Assembly (NCBI GenBank): GCA_028826165.1 | Contig: JAPDFW010000105.1 | Location: forward strand, 62,001 to 126,000 | DNA from: Anaeramoeba ignava BMAN | Lineage: Eukaryota; Protista; Anaeramoebae | Reading direction: 5' to 3' | Length of the DNA: 64,000 bases | Shown: piece after piece, positions 1-13,340 of the stretch | Position numbering within the stretch: the first letter of the stretch is position 1 | Layout: each line of letters begins with the position of its first letter | Notes under the pieces: model-generated | The model's input: only the letters and a program-made list of their open reading frames with translations | What the model was told of the DNA's origin: nothing | Database searches by the model: none | Position numbers and translations under genes: made by a program

Positions 1-770
1 TATTTATCAATAAATTATTTAATAAAGTAATTCTATTTTTTTATTTTTTATTATTAAAATTGAAAAAATAATTAATCAAAATATATATTTTTCTAAATAA
101 TAAATTAATATTATTTTATTTATATTTTTATTTAAATAATAATTTAATTAATATTTATCTATAATTTATTTAATAAAGTAATTCTATTTTTTTTTATTTT
201 TATTATTAAAATTGAAAAAATGTCAATTAAATAATAAAATTATCTATTTTTTTAAAAATAATAATTTAATAATATTTTATTTATATTTTTATTTTAAATG
301 AAAAATAATTTAATTAATTTTTATCAATAATTTATTTAATAATTTAATTAATATTTTCTATATTTTTATTTATTTTTATTTTTATTATTAAAATTGAAAA
401 ATAATTAATCAAAATATCTTTTTCTAAATAATAATTTAATAATATTTTATTTATATTTTTATTTAAATAATAATTTAATTAATATTTATCAATAATTTAT
501 TTAATAAAGTAATTCTATTTTTATTTTTATTATTAAAATTCAAAAATAATTAATCAAAAATATATATTTTTTTTTAATTAATAAATAATAATTTAATAAT
601 ATTTTATTTATATTTCTATTTAAATAATAAATTAATTTATTTATTTATCTATAATTTATTTAATAAAGTAATTCTATTTTTATTTTTATTATTATTTAAA
701 ATTGAAAAAAAAAAATATTTATATTTTTATTTAAATAAAATGATTAATTATTTAATAATGTATTCTATTT
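1..770. repeat. Degenerate ~160-bp tandem repeat upstream of Snf7
   Basis: The block tatttatc(a/t)ataatttatttaataaagtaattctatttt...tattattaaaattgaaaaa recurs near 1, 152, 320, 483 and 643. Confidence 0.75.
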
Positions 771-891
771 TTATTTTCAAAAGTTAGTAATTTGTTTTTT
801 GTTTTTATTTTTTTTTCATTTTTTTCCTTTTTTATTTTCATTTAAATTTTTCGTTTTTTATTTTATTTTTTTTTTTTAAAAGAATTTTACA

Positions 892-3800
892 ATGAAACTT
901 TTTGGTAGAAAAAAAAAGAAAAATGTCAAACCAACCACAGAACAAACAAGAGAATCAATTACAAAACTTAGAGATACAATTCAAATGTTAGAAGTAATTA
1001 AATTATTTTATATTTTCAAAAAAGGAAAAAAAATCAATTACATTTCATTTTAAAAAAGGGAAAAAAATTAAATTAATTAATTTATAATTTAATTTATAAT
1101 TTTATTTATAATTTTATTTATAATTTAATTTATAATTTTATTTATAATTTAATTTATAATTTTATTTATAATTTTTATATTTTATTTATAATTTTATTTA
1201 TAATTTTATTTATAATTTTATTTATAATTTTATTTATAATTTTATTTATAATTTATAATTTTATTTATAATTTAATTTATAATTTTATTTATAATTTTAT
1301 TTATTTTTATTTTTTATTTTAATTTTATTTATTTTAATTTTATTTATTTTTTTTTATTTATTTTTAATTTTTATTTAATTTTAATTTAATTTTTATTTTT
1401 TAATTTATATTTTTATTTATAATTTTATTTTTATTTTTATAATTTTTTTAATTTTATAATTTTATTTATAATTTTAATTTATAATTTTATTTATAATTTT
1501 ATTTATAATTTAATTTATAATTTTATTTATAATTTTATTTATAATTTAATTTATAATTTAAATTTATAATTTTTATTTATAATTTAATTTTAATTTTTAA
1601 TTTTAATTTTTTATTTTATTTATAGTTTTTTTATTTAATTTTTATTTTATTTTTATTTATAATTTTATTTATAATTTTATTTTATAATTTTTATTTTATA
1701 ATTTTTTTATTTTTTTTTTATATTTAATTTATAATTTTTATTTTATAATTTTAATTTATAATAATATTTTTAATTTTTTATAATTTTAATAATTTTATAA
1801 ATTTTATAATTTTTTATTTATAATTTTATTTATAATTTTTATTTATAATTTTAATTTATAATTTTATTTATAATTTTATTTATAATTTTAATTTATAATT
1901 TTATTTATAATTTTATTTATAATTTTTATTTTATTTATAATTTTATTTAATTTATAATTTAATTTATAATTTAATTTATAATTTAATTTATAATTTAATT
2001 TAAAATTTAATTTATAATTTTATTTATAATTTAATTTATAATTTTATTTATAATTTTATTTATAATTTAATTTATAATTTTATTTATAATTTTATTTATA
2101 ATTTTATTTATTGAATAAATAGAAAAGAGAAACTTATCTTCAACAAAAAATTGATGCAGAGTTGATAAATGCTAAGAAAAATGCAACTAAAAACAAAAGA
2201 AGTGCACTTCAAAGTTTGAAAAAAAAGAAATTCTATGAACAACAAATTGAAAAAGCTCAATCAACCAAAATGACACTTGAAAGTCAAATGATGACACTTG
2301 AAGGTGCAAGTATGAATTTAGAAGTTATTAAAGCAATGAAACAAGGAGGTGATACTTTAAGACAAATTCATGGAGAATTGTAAAAATAAAAATAAAAATA
2401 AAATTTAAAATTAAAATTAAAATTAAAATCAAAATTAAAATCAAAATTAAAATTAAAATTAAAATTAAAATTAAAATCAAAATTAAAATTAAAAATAAAA
2501 TTAAAATTAATTAAAATTAAAATTAAAATTAAAATTAAAATTAAAATTAAAATTAAAATTAAAATTAAAAATAAAATTAAAATTAATTAAAATTAAAATT
2601 AAAATTAAAATTAAAATTAAAATTAAAATTAAAATTAAAATTAAAATTAAAATTAAAATTAAAATTAAAATTAAAATTAAAAATTAAAATTAAAATTAAA
2701 ATTAAAATTAAAATTAAAATTAAAAATTAAATCAAAATTAAAATTAAAATTAAAATTAAAATTAAAATTAAATAGGGATGTTGATAGTGTTCAAGATTTA
2801 GTTGATGATATTCAGTATGAACTTGTCTTTTAAATATTTTTTTTCTCATTTCAAAAAAAGAGAGAAAAAAAAACAATCAAAAAAAAGAAATAATTAAAGA
2901 ATGATTTAATTTAAAATAGGGAACAATTTACTTTAGCAGAAGAAATCAGTGATGCTATTTCAACACCATTAGGTCCACAAATGGATGAAGATGAATTAAT
3001 GGAAGAATTAGAAGAATTAGAACAACAAACAATTGAAGAACAATTATTGGATTCTAAAAAAGTCAATGTTCCAAGTAATTAATTTTTAAATTTACTTTTA
3101 AATTAACTTTTAAATTAACTTTTAATTTTACTTTTAATTTTACTTTTAAATTTACTTTTAAATTTACTTTTAAATTTACTTTTAAATTTACTTTTAATTT
3201 TACTTTTAAATTTACTTTTTAAATTTACTTTTAAATTTACTTTTAAATTTACTTTTAAATTTACTTTTAAATTAACTTTTAAATTTATATTTAAATTTAC
3301 TTTTAAATTTACTTTTAAATTTATATTTAAATTTACTTTTAAATTTACTTTTAAATTTACTTTTAAATTTACTTTTAAATTTATTTTTAAATTTAATTTT
3401 ATTTAAGGTTTTTAAATTTACTTTTTAAATTTATATTTAAATTTACTTTTAAATTTATTTTTAAATTTACTTTTAAATTTACTTTTAACTTTTATTTTAA
3501 ATTTAACTTTTAAATTTATTTTTAAATTTATTTTTAAATTTACTTTTAAATTTATATTTAAATTTACTTTTAAAACTTTTAAATTTATTTTAAATTTATT
3601 TTTTAATTTAAATTTACTTTTTAAATTTAACTTTTTTTTAAATTTATTTTTAAATTTTATTTAAAATTTATATTTAAATTTAATTTTAATTTTTACTTTT
3701 AAATTTAATTTTTAAATTTACTTTTTAAATTAACTTTTAAATTTACTTTTAAATTTATACTTTAAATTTACTTCTTTAAATTTATATTTAAATTTACTTT

Positions 3801-4387
3801 TAACTTTATATTTAAATTAACTTTTAAATTTACTTTTAAATTTAATTTTAACTTTCTTTAACTTTACTTTTTAAATTAACTTTTAAATTTACTTTTAACT
3901 TTAACTTTTAAATTTATATTTTAAATTTATATTTAACTTTACTTTTAAATTTAACTTTTAAATTTATATTTAAATTTATATTTAAATTTACTTTTAAATT
4001 TATTTATTTTAAATTTTTACTTTTAAAATTTTTAATTTTTTTTAATTTATTTTTTTTTTATTTTAAATTTATTTTTAAATTTACTTTTAAATTTTATTTA
4101 AATTTACTTTTAACTTTATATTTAAATTTACTTTTAAATTTATATTTAAATTTATATTTAAATTTACTTTTAAATTTATTTCATTTCAGATCTTCCTTCT
4201 GCTCCAGTTCATGGTAAATAAAATTAAAAATAAAATTAAAAATAAAATTAAAAATTAAATTAAAAAATTAAAAAAATTAAATTAAAAAAAAATAGTTCCT
4301 CAAGCTCAAGCTCAAGAATCAGAACCAGAAGATGAAGATGAAGATGAAATTGCAAAATTAAAACAAAGTTTAAATTTAATGAATTAA
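892..4387 (+). CDS. SNF7: ESCRT-III subunit Snf7/Vps32/CHMP4, 6 exons (892-993, 2123-2379, 2776-2814, 2920-3074, 4190-4213, 4296-4387), 222 aa
   Basis: All five introns are GT-AG and the joined exons (669 nt) stay in frame. Product: MKLFGRKK...ESITKLRDTIQMLE|KRETYLQQKI...KNKRSALQSLKKKKFYEQQI...LDVDSVQDLVDDIQEQFTLAEEISDAISTP...DEDELMEELEELEQ...DEIAKLKQSL, a typical Snf7 sequence. Confidence 0.93.
1070..2110 (+). repeat. Intronic 12-mer satellite (TTTATAATTTTA)n in Snf7 intron 1
   Basis: Direct reading of the sequence. Confidence 0.9.
2385..2772 (+). repeat. Intronic (AAAATT)n in Snf7 intron 2
   Basis: Direct reading. Confidence 0.9.
3085..4180 (+). repeat. Intronic 12-mer satellite (TTTAAATTTACT)n in Snf7 intron 4
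   Basis: Direct reading. Confidence 0.9.
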
Positions 4388-4709
4388 AATTCCAATTTAA
4401 ATCTTAAGAATTAAAAAAATTTTAAATTTGAAATTTAAATCAAAAAATAATTCCTCTTTTTTTTTTTCTTTTTTTTTTGGAATTGATACTTCACAATTTA
4501 TTGATAATTTTTGATAATTTTTGATTCAATTTTTTTACTTTTTGAAATGATTTTTTTTTTTTTTTTTACTTTGAAACGAATTGATTTTTTTAAATAAATA
4601 AAAAAACAAACAAAAACAAAAACAAATTTCCGTTAAAAAAATTAATTAAAAAAAATTTTTTTCATTTTTTTCATTTTTCATTTTTCATTTTTTTTAATTG
4701 AAGATTCAA

Positions 4710-5307
4710 ATGGATGAATATTTATTAAAATCATTAACAATATTTTTTCTATTAATATTAATATTTGCATTAATTTCCGCTTTATTCTTTTTCAAAACAA
4801 TAGCACTTACATTTTGGAAAAGAGCGGGAATAATTTTATGTATTTTTTCACTATTTTTCCCACTTTTTCACGTTCCAGAACAAAAACCATTTATACCTTC
4901 AAAAATTTTCGAAGAAAAAGTGATTCAAAAAGAAATCTTAGAATGTCCCAATTTAGATGTAGAAGGATTTCTAGCTGTCAAAACAGGCTTTGAATGTTTA
5001 AATGGAGTTCTTAATCAAATTTTCAATTCAATCAATCAATATTTTATTTCTCATTTTGAAGAAAAAGAAACACGATTTTCTGAAGGTTATTCAGTTAGTT
5101 TGGTTCTTTTGTTTTTCGGTATTTTTCATGTCTTTATTGGTGGATTTGCTGCTAAATTGGGTCTTTTTATGCTTTTTTCTTCCTTTCGGTTTTATTTTCT
5201 TTTTTGCTGCTTTAAATCATCTTATTCCTTTTCTTGCTGATGGTTTTTATATCTTGATTTTCGGTTCTTTTTGGAGTGCTTATTTTGTTTTCAAAAATCA
5301 AATTTAA
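4710..5307 (+). CDS. Uncharacterised multi-pass membrane protein; probable 1-nt frameshift in the T-run near 5175
   Basis: ATG 4710 follows a TTTTCATTTT cluster. Hydrophobic segments in ORF 4698-5240 continue naturally into frame 5002-5307 (FLPFGFIFFFAALNHLIPFLADGFYILIFGSFWSAYFVFKNQI). Family not recognised. Confidence 0.55.
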
Positions 5308-5554
5308 TTTCTATTTCAAAAAAAAAAATTCAAAAAAAAAAGATTTCAAATTTAATAAAAAAAAATCAAATTCAAAAAAATGGAAATTTTTCATTTCAAT
5401 TTTATCTGAATTCACAAGAAAGAAAAGAAAAGAAAAGAAAAGAAAAGAAAATGAAAGAAAGAAAAGAAAAAAATTTAAACTGAATTAATTCTGTGAATTC
5501 AAGAAGAATTAAAATTAATTGAAATTATTTAAAATTAATTGAAATGATTTGAAA

Positions 5555-8500
5555 TTATTTGAAATTATTTGAAACTAAAAAAGAAAAGAAAAAGAAATCA
5601 ATTAATTTGATTATTTTTTTGATTATTTTTTGATCATCTTTTTGATCATCTTTTTGATCATCTTTTGGAGAATCAGTATCAGAAATAACAAAAGGTTCTT
5701 GATAATCCTGACTAAAATCAGATAATTCCAAATTTTGGTCATCATTTAAATTTGGATCAATACTTTCTTGGAGTTTCTGATGAGGAAAAGCATTAGCTTT
5801 ACGTTTTTTGATAATACAGAAAGCTATAATAATAAGAGAAACAGTTACGATGAAACCAAGAACAGTAGCGACGATAGCTTTAGTGCTTATAGGAAGGGAA
5901 GAATTTTCTGTAGGTAAAGGAGAAGGAGAAGGAGAAGGAGAAGGAGTTGGAGTTGGAGTTGGAGTTGGAGTTGGAGTTGGAGTTGGAGTTGGAGTTGGAG
6001 TTGGAGTTGGTGTTGGTGTTGGAGTTGGAGTTGGAGTTGGTGTTGGAGTTGGAGTTGGTGTTGGAGTTGGAGTTGGAGTTGGAGTTGGAGTTGGTGTTGG
6101 AGTTGGAGTTGGTGTTGGTGTTGGTGTTGGAGTTGGAGTTGGTGTTGGAGTTGGTGTTGGAGTTGGAGTTGGTGTTGGAGTTGGAGTTGGAGTTGGAGTT
6201 GGAGTTGGAGTTGGTGTTGGTGTTGGAGTTGGAGTTGGTGTTGGTGTTGGTGTTGGTGTTGGTGTTGGATTTAAATAACTATCAATTCCTTGATAAATTA
6301 ATGATTCATTTGAAAAATCCCAAATATTCAATTTATTTTCTGTTGGTAAAAACATAAATTCAAGTGGAATTGTTGAATTATTAATTTCATTTATATCAAA
6401 TGAATAAATTTCTCGATAAGTAAAACTAACTTCATTATCTGATTCAAATGGTGTTGGTGGATTATCAATTGTAATCCCATAACTATATTCTAAATTGAGT
6501 TAAAAGATCAAAAAGTAAATAGTCTGAATTATATACTTGTCCTCCTGGAAAACTATTAAATCCCATTTCTGAATTTGGAATTCCTCCAATAGTAAATGTT
6601 GTTGCTAAATTGTTTTGAATAATTTTTGATGAAAAAACTGCACATGAACTCCCACAAATTCCATCTGATAATAATATAAAATGATTTTTATCAAATTGAA
6701 ATGGACTTTTCCAAGAAATATTTGAAACTTCATGAATTGGTATTGAATATTGTGAAACTCCTTCTCCTCTCAAATAACTAATTCCTGGTGTATACCAATC
6801 TGAATTATTGGATTGTTGTTCTGATTGATTATACCAAAGTAATGGTGTATACAAGCTTTCATAATCCCCTTTACAATTTTCATTTTCAGCACATTTAATA
6901 AATAATTGATCATTAAGATCTGAATGTTTAAAATCATAATTTCCATAAATTGGTTCACTTGTTAAATTGAAGAAATAATAGAATAATTTATAACTTAAAT
7001 CAATATAACCTCCTCCATTTTGTTTAAGATCAAGAATTAAGTAATCAATATTATTTGATTGAATATATTCCATTCCATAATCTATAATTTCTTCAAATTC
7101 AGTTTCATTATTTGGAACAAATGAAGTAATTTGTAATATTCCATATTGAATTCCTGAATCACCTGTAAAAACTCCAAAATTAACAGCATTAGATGTATTT
7201 AAAATAATAGCACTTCCATCAATAACATCTTTTTGATTTTGATTTTGATTTTGATTTTCTTTATCTTTTGAAGTAAAATATTCATAAATCATTTGCCTTC
7301 TTTTTCTTTTTTCTAAAACAGGTGATAAAATTTCTTTTCTTTCTTTCTCTTCAAAACTTTTTAATTTAGAATTTTCTGAATTTGTTGCATTTAATCCAGC
7401 TAAATAATTATAAAATAAAATTAAAATTAAAAAAATTAAAATTCCAAATTAAAATTAAAAATAAAATTAGAATTAAAATTCCAAATTAAAATTAAAATTA
7501 AAAATAAAATTAGAATTAGAATTAGAATTAGAATTAAAATTAAAATTAAAATTAAAATTAAAAATATAATTAAAATTAAAATTAAAAATATAATTAAAAT
7601 TTAAAATAAAAATAAAATTAAAATTAAAATTAGAATTAAAATTAGAATTAAAATTAAAATTAAAATTAAAATTAGAATTAAAATTAAAATTAGAATTAAA
7701 ATTAGAATTAAAATTAGAATTAAAATTAGAATTAAAATTAAAACTTACAAAGACATTGTGTTTCAAAATCTGATTTTGAACTGAAATTATTTAAACTGAT
7801 TCCAATAAAAGGAAAATCAAGAGAACCTGAATTAAATTGAATAGTTCTACTTTCTTTTTCAGGTATTGGAGAATATCCAAGACTTATTTGTAGAAAATCC
7901 CATTGAAGATATTCATTTAAACAAGAAGAAGGATCTTTTGAAATTGAAAGTTTTGAAGATTCATTTACAAGATAATCCAAAGCATCCTATTTATATATTG
8001 AATATATTGTATATATTGAATATTTTGAATATTATAAATATATTAAATATTTTGAATATTATAAATATATTGAATATTATAAATATTTTTTATATTTTGA
8101 ATATTTTGAATATTTTAAATATTATAAATATTATAAATATTTTGAATATTATAAATATTTTGAATATTTTGAATATTATAAATATTTTGAATATTTTGAA
8201 TATTTTGTATATTTTGAATATTATAAATATTTTGAACATATTAAATATTTTGGATATTTTAAATATATTGAATATTTTGAATATTATAAATATTAAATAT
8301 TTTGAATATTTTGAATATTTTGTATATTTTGGATATTTTAAATATATTGAATATTTTGAATATTATAAATATTATAAATATTTTGAATATTTTGAATATT
8401 TTTTAGTTTAAAAATTACTTGATTATCAATTGTAATAATAGTTTCTCCAATATAATTTCTTGGATCAATTCCTGTCATATATAGATAAACATCAGCAAAA

Positions 8501-8964
8501 CTATCTGAATTTCCATAAATACCTGAAACATAAACTTCTGGATTTGAAGGTCCATTTTCTTTCAAAGCTAATTGTAATGGAAAAATAAGATAAAGCGAAA
8601 CATAACAAAGAGGTTTAACGTAACTAGTATGAGCATCATAAAGTGAATCAAAAACATCAGATATTGATTGTTGAAAATCAAAATCATTTGAAAATGTTTC
8701 TTGATTAATTTGATTAAGTTCTTCTGTTAAATTAATTTGGAAATGATGGAATTGAGTTGAAATATTTTGAACAATATCTTTAAAAACATATTCTTCAATA
8801 ATTTGATTCACTGTTTCAATAACTGTATTATTTTCTTGAAAAGGAATTGATTTTGCACATTCAACTATTGAAGAGTAATATTCAGCAGAATTAGCTTCAA
8901 AATTGCAAGTTTGTGTGTTTGAAAATGAAAATAGAAGGAAAATTAGTAAGAAAATAAATTTCAT
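5555..8964 (-). CDS. Peptidase S41 (CPAF-like) type I membrane protein, paralog A: signal peptide, S41 domain, (PT)54 stalk, TM, acidic tail; exons 8964-8419, 7986-7749, 7399-end; apparent frameshift near 6493
   Basis: Motifs [17 protein letters not shown] and [14 protein letters not shown] are present and introns are GT-AG. Removing one T near 6493 joins LLTQ to [30 protein letters not shown], which aligns with paralog B. TM helix [23 protein letters not shown]. The true stop may lie near 5600 if an A-run near 5630 is one base short. Confidence 0.8.
5945..6268 (-). repeat. Coding hexamer repeat (CCA ACT/ACA) x54 encoding the Pro-Thr stalk
   Basis: 324 nt of AGTTGG/TGTTGG on the + strand. 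Confidence 0.95.
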
Positions 8965-9029
8965 TTTAGTTTTATTAAATTTGAAAAAAATGAAAAAATG
9001 AAAAAAATGAAAATTTTTTTTTTGGGATT

Positions 9030-9580
9030 TTGTTTTTGAATTAAAAAAAGAATTTTAAACATCATTCCTCATTAAATGATAATTAATTTCTGAATTTTGT
9101 TTTAAATTTTGTTTTGAAAATTGTTTTGAAATTTGTTTTAAATTTTGTTTTAAATTTTGTTTTTAAATTTGTTTTGAAAATTGTTTTAAATTTTGTTTTA
9201 AAATTTGTTTTGAAATTTGTTTTTAAATTTGTTTTGAATTTTGTTTTGAATTAAAAAAAGAATTTTAAACATCATCCCTCATTAAATGATAATTAATTTC
9301 TGAATTTTGTTTTAAATTGTTTTGAAATTTGTTTTAAATTTTGTTTTGAATTTTGTTTTAAATTTGTTTTGAAATTTTGTTTTAAATTTTGTTTTGAATT
9401 TTGTTTTGAAAATTGTTTTAAATTTTGTTTTAAAATTTGTTTTGAAAATTGTTTTAAATTTTGTTTTGAAAATTGTTTTAAATTTTGTTTTTAAATTTGT
9501 TTTGAATTTTGTTTTGAATTAAAAAAAGAAATTTAAACATCATCCCTCATTAAATGATAATTAATTTCTGAATTTTGTTT
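9030..9580 (-). repeat. Three copies of the 3' end of S41 paralog B embedded in an (AATTTTGTTTT(A/G))n satellite
   Basis: gaattaaaaaaagaattttaaacatcat(t/c)cctcattaaatgataattaatttctgaattttgttt occurs at ~9038, ~9248 and ~9516; the last is the real CDS end. Confidence 0.9.
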
Positions 9581-12520
9581 CTTTTTGTAACGATAGAAAA
9601 CAAAAACGGAAGCAATAGCAAAAACAATAACAATTGAAACAACGACACCAGCAATTAAACCAGCTTGAGAAGAATCAGGGGATGTATAAATGGGAGAATT
9701 TGAAGGAGTTGGAGTTGGAGTTGGAGTTGGAGTTGGAGTTGGAGTTGGAGTTGGAGTTGGAGTTGGAGTTGGAGTTGGAGTTGGAGTTGGAGTTGGAGTT
9801 GGAGTTGGAGTTGGAGTTGGAGTTGGAGTTGGAGTTGGAGTTGGAGTTGGAGTTGGTGTTGGAGTTGGAGTTGGAGTTGGAGTTGGTGTTGGAGTTGGAG
9901 TTGGAGTTGGAGTTGGAGTTGGAGTTGGAGTTGGAGTTGGAGTTGGAGTTGGTGTTGGTGTTGGTGTTGGTGTTGGTGTTGGTACTCCAAATAATTCAAC
10001 TGTCTTCTCATATATGATCTCCTCTTCTCCAAACTCCCATGTGTAAATCCTATATTTTGATCCTGTAAATATAAATTCTAATGGTAATTCTCCTTCGGTT
10101 TCTTCTGTGTTAAATTCATATATCTCACGATATAAAAATGTTACATAACCATCTGATGGGAATGGATCGGGTTCATCATTAATCGATAAATTAAAACTTG
10201 CTTTCATTGATTCGCAAACAGCGGTTAGATAATTAGAAGAAACAAATTCTCCGCCTGGAAAACTTGCAAAACTCATATTTTCATTTTCTAAACCGCCAAT
10301 TGTTGCAGTTTGAACTAATCCATCAGACGCAATTTTCAAGGCAAAAATAGCGCAAGAACTTCCGCACATTCCATCTGAAAGTAAAATAGTGTGATTGTAG
10401 TCATATTGTCGATATGTATTTTGCCAGCTTGTGTTTTGTAATTCGTGGATTAATTGCGTGTAATTTGATTCAATTCCTCCGCGAGTGTGGGAAACACCAG
10501 GAGAATAATAGCTATTGTTTTCATATTGCTGTTCATTTGTGTCGTACCAATCCAATGGTGTCCATAAATTGTTTTGTGTTGTATTTTTGCATAATTCATC
10601 ATTTCCGCAATTGAGGAATAATTCATCATTTAATTTTGAATGAATAAAATCATAATTTCCAAATAATGGTTTTTTGGAATCCTGGAAGAAATAGTAAACC
10701 AATTCATAACAAAGTGTGATAATTCCTCCTCCGTTTTGTCTAACATCAATAACAATATATTCTATGTTGCTTTGGGATAAATAACTAAATGATTCTTCGA
10801 TAAATAGTTTCAGTTGATTTGTGTTGCTTGGCCCAAATGTTTTGATTTGGAAAACGCCGTAATCAATTCCTTGGTCTGATGTGAAAATTAGAAAGGTAAA
10901 CTCATTGGGTATTTGATAAAGAACATTAATACTTGAAGTAGTTTTTTCTGGTTTTTGTGCTTCAGGATAAATTGAATGAAATTGTTGTAATAATTTTTTT
11001 TGAAGATCTAAAGGAGAGAGATTCATTTCATTTTGGGATGGCTTTATATTTTGAGAGACTCCATCTAATTTATATTTATATTTATATTTGTATTTATAAT
11101 TATAATTATTTTTATATTTGTATTTATAATTATAATTATTTTTTACTTGTGCAAAAATCATAAAAGGTATCATTATTAGTAATTGATATTGCACTAACTC
11201 CAACATAATATAATGTCACATTTGAGTTATCATCAAATTGTAAAAAAATTGATTTATTTTCAGGAACATCTTGATATTGAAGCAAAGTATAAGAAAAATA
11301 GATTTGAATCATTTGATTTAATCTAACACTTGGATCTTTACAAGTGAAAATAAAATTGGATTGATTTTGAAGATAATCCCAAGCAGGCTTAATTTATTTT
11401 GAATTTAAATTTGAATTTGAATTTAAATTTGATTTTGAATTTGAATTTATTTTGAATTTGAATTTGATTTATTTTGAATTTGAATTTGAATTTATTTTGA
11501 ATTTGAATTTGAATTTGAATTTGAATTTGAATTTATTTTGAATTTAAAATTGATTTTAAATTTTGATTTTGAATTTGAATTTGAATTTGAATTTATTTTT
11601 GAATTTGAATTTGAATTTAAATTTTGAATTTTGAATTTGAATTTGAATTTGAATTTTGATTTGAATTTAAATTTGAATTTGATTTTGATTTATTTTGAAT
11701 TTGATTTTAAATTTGAATTTGAATTTGAAATTGATTTTAAATTTTGAAATTGAATTTGAATTTAAATTTGATTTTGAATTTAAATTTGAATTTGAATTTA
11801 TTTTGAATTTGATTTTGAATTTGAATTTGAATTTAAATTTGAAATTGATTTTAAATTTTGAATTTTGAATTTAATTTGAATTCATTTATAAAAATAAAAT
11901 TAAATTACAATATTATTAATCAAACTAATATTTTTCCCAACAAAAGGAGTTATATCAATCCCAGTTATCTCTTGATAAGCTTGAATAAAAGATTCAGTAT
12001 CAGAAAGCAAAGAAGAAATAGAAACTTGAGGAGATTGAGAAGAAGAAAGATTACGAGCTTGAATTTTAAAAGGAAGAATAAACATCAAATAAGAATAGCA
12101 ATTTGGCTTAATAAATTGAGTATGAGCATCATATAAAAATAGCATAAAATTATTAATGCTTTGATAAAAATGAAAATCACTTTCAAAATTTTCTGAAAAA
12201 ATTTTTTCAATTTCTGCTGTCAAATTGACATTGAAAACTTGATTTAGAAACGTCCAATTATTGACAATGTCTCGAAATACATATTGTTGTAAGTTCTGTT
12301 GAAGTGATGTCAATGTCAGATTTTTAGTTGTTTCATTAAAAGGAACACTATGAATGCAGGCATTGAATTGATCATAATCATATAATTGTCCTTTTGTTAT
12401 TACACATGGATCCGGCATTTCTCCTTCTTTTTTTAATTCTGTTTTGTTGGTTGTTATTGTCAAAATTGTTAACAATAGAATTGTGGTTAATATTAATGTA
12501 AATTTTTGTTTTGTTTTCAT
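9533..12520 (-). CDS. Peptidase S41 (CPAF-like) type I membrane protein, paralog B, 794 aa; exons 12520-11909, 11387-11147, 11064-9533
   Basis: Exons total 2385 nt and stay in frame. N-terminal hydrophobic leader; motifs [17 protein letters not shown] and [14 protein letters not shown]; (PT)46 stalk; [25 protein letters not shown]; tail with YHLM. Confidence 0.87.
9707..9982 (-). repeat. Coding hexamer repeat x46 encoding the Pro-Thr stalk
   Basis: 276 nt of AGTTGG/TGTTGG on the + strand. Confidence 0.95.
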
Positions 12521-12589
12521 TTGCAAAAAGAAAAATGAAAAAATGAAAAAATGAAAAAATTTTTTTGGATTAAATCAATTTTCCATTTA

Positions 12590-13340
12590 TTAAATTTCTT
12601 TATTAAACTGAAATAGATTTATTTATTAAATTGAAAATAGATTTATTTATTAAATATTTATTCCACTTTATTATTTGATCAAAAATTTATTTATTAAATT
12701 GGAAATAGATTTATTTATTAAATTGAAAATAAATTTATTTATTAAATTGAAAATAGATTTATTTATTAAATTGAAAATAGATTTATTTATTAAATATTTA
12801 TTCCACTTTATTATTTTATCAAAGATTTATTTATTAAATTGAAAATAAATTTATTAAATTGAAATTAAATTTATTTGATTAAATATTTATTCCACTTTAT
12901 TTATTTATTTTATTAAATTGAAAATAAATTTATTTATTAAATTGAAAATAGATTTATTTATTAAATTGAAAATAGATTTATTTATTAAATATTTATTCCA
13001 CTTTATTATTTGATCAAAGATTTATTTATTAAATTGAAATTAGATTTATTTATTAAATTGGAAATAGATTTATTTATTAAATTGAAAATAGATTTATTTA
13101 TTAAATTGAAAATAGATTTATTTATTAAATATTTATTCCACTTTATTAATTTGATCAAAGATTTATTTATTAAATTGAAATTAGATTTATTTATTAAATT
13201 GGAAATAGATTTATTTATTAAATTGAAATTAAATTTATTTATTAAACTGAAATAAATTTATTTATTAAATTGAAATTAGATTTATTTATTAAATATTTAT
13301 TCCACTTTATTATTTGATCAAAAATTTATTTATTAAATTG
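12590..13340. repeat. Intergenic composite repeat: 24-mer TTTATTTATTAAATTGAAAATAGA plus six copies of TATTTATTCCACTTTATTA
   Basis: TTCCACTTT at ~12661, 12801, 12890, 12996, 13136 and 13300. Confidence 0.85.

Noticed and set aside
5808-10046. Plus-strand poly-GV and poly-LE ORFs and a minus-strand poly-QL ORF
   Set aside because: These are alternative frames of the PT-encoding hexamer repeats of the S41 genes.
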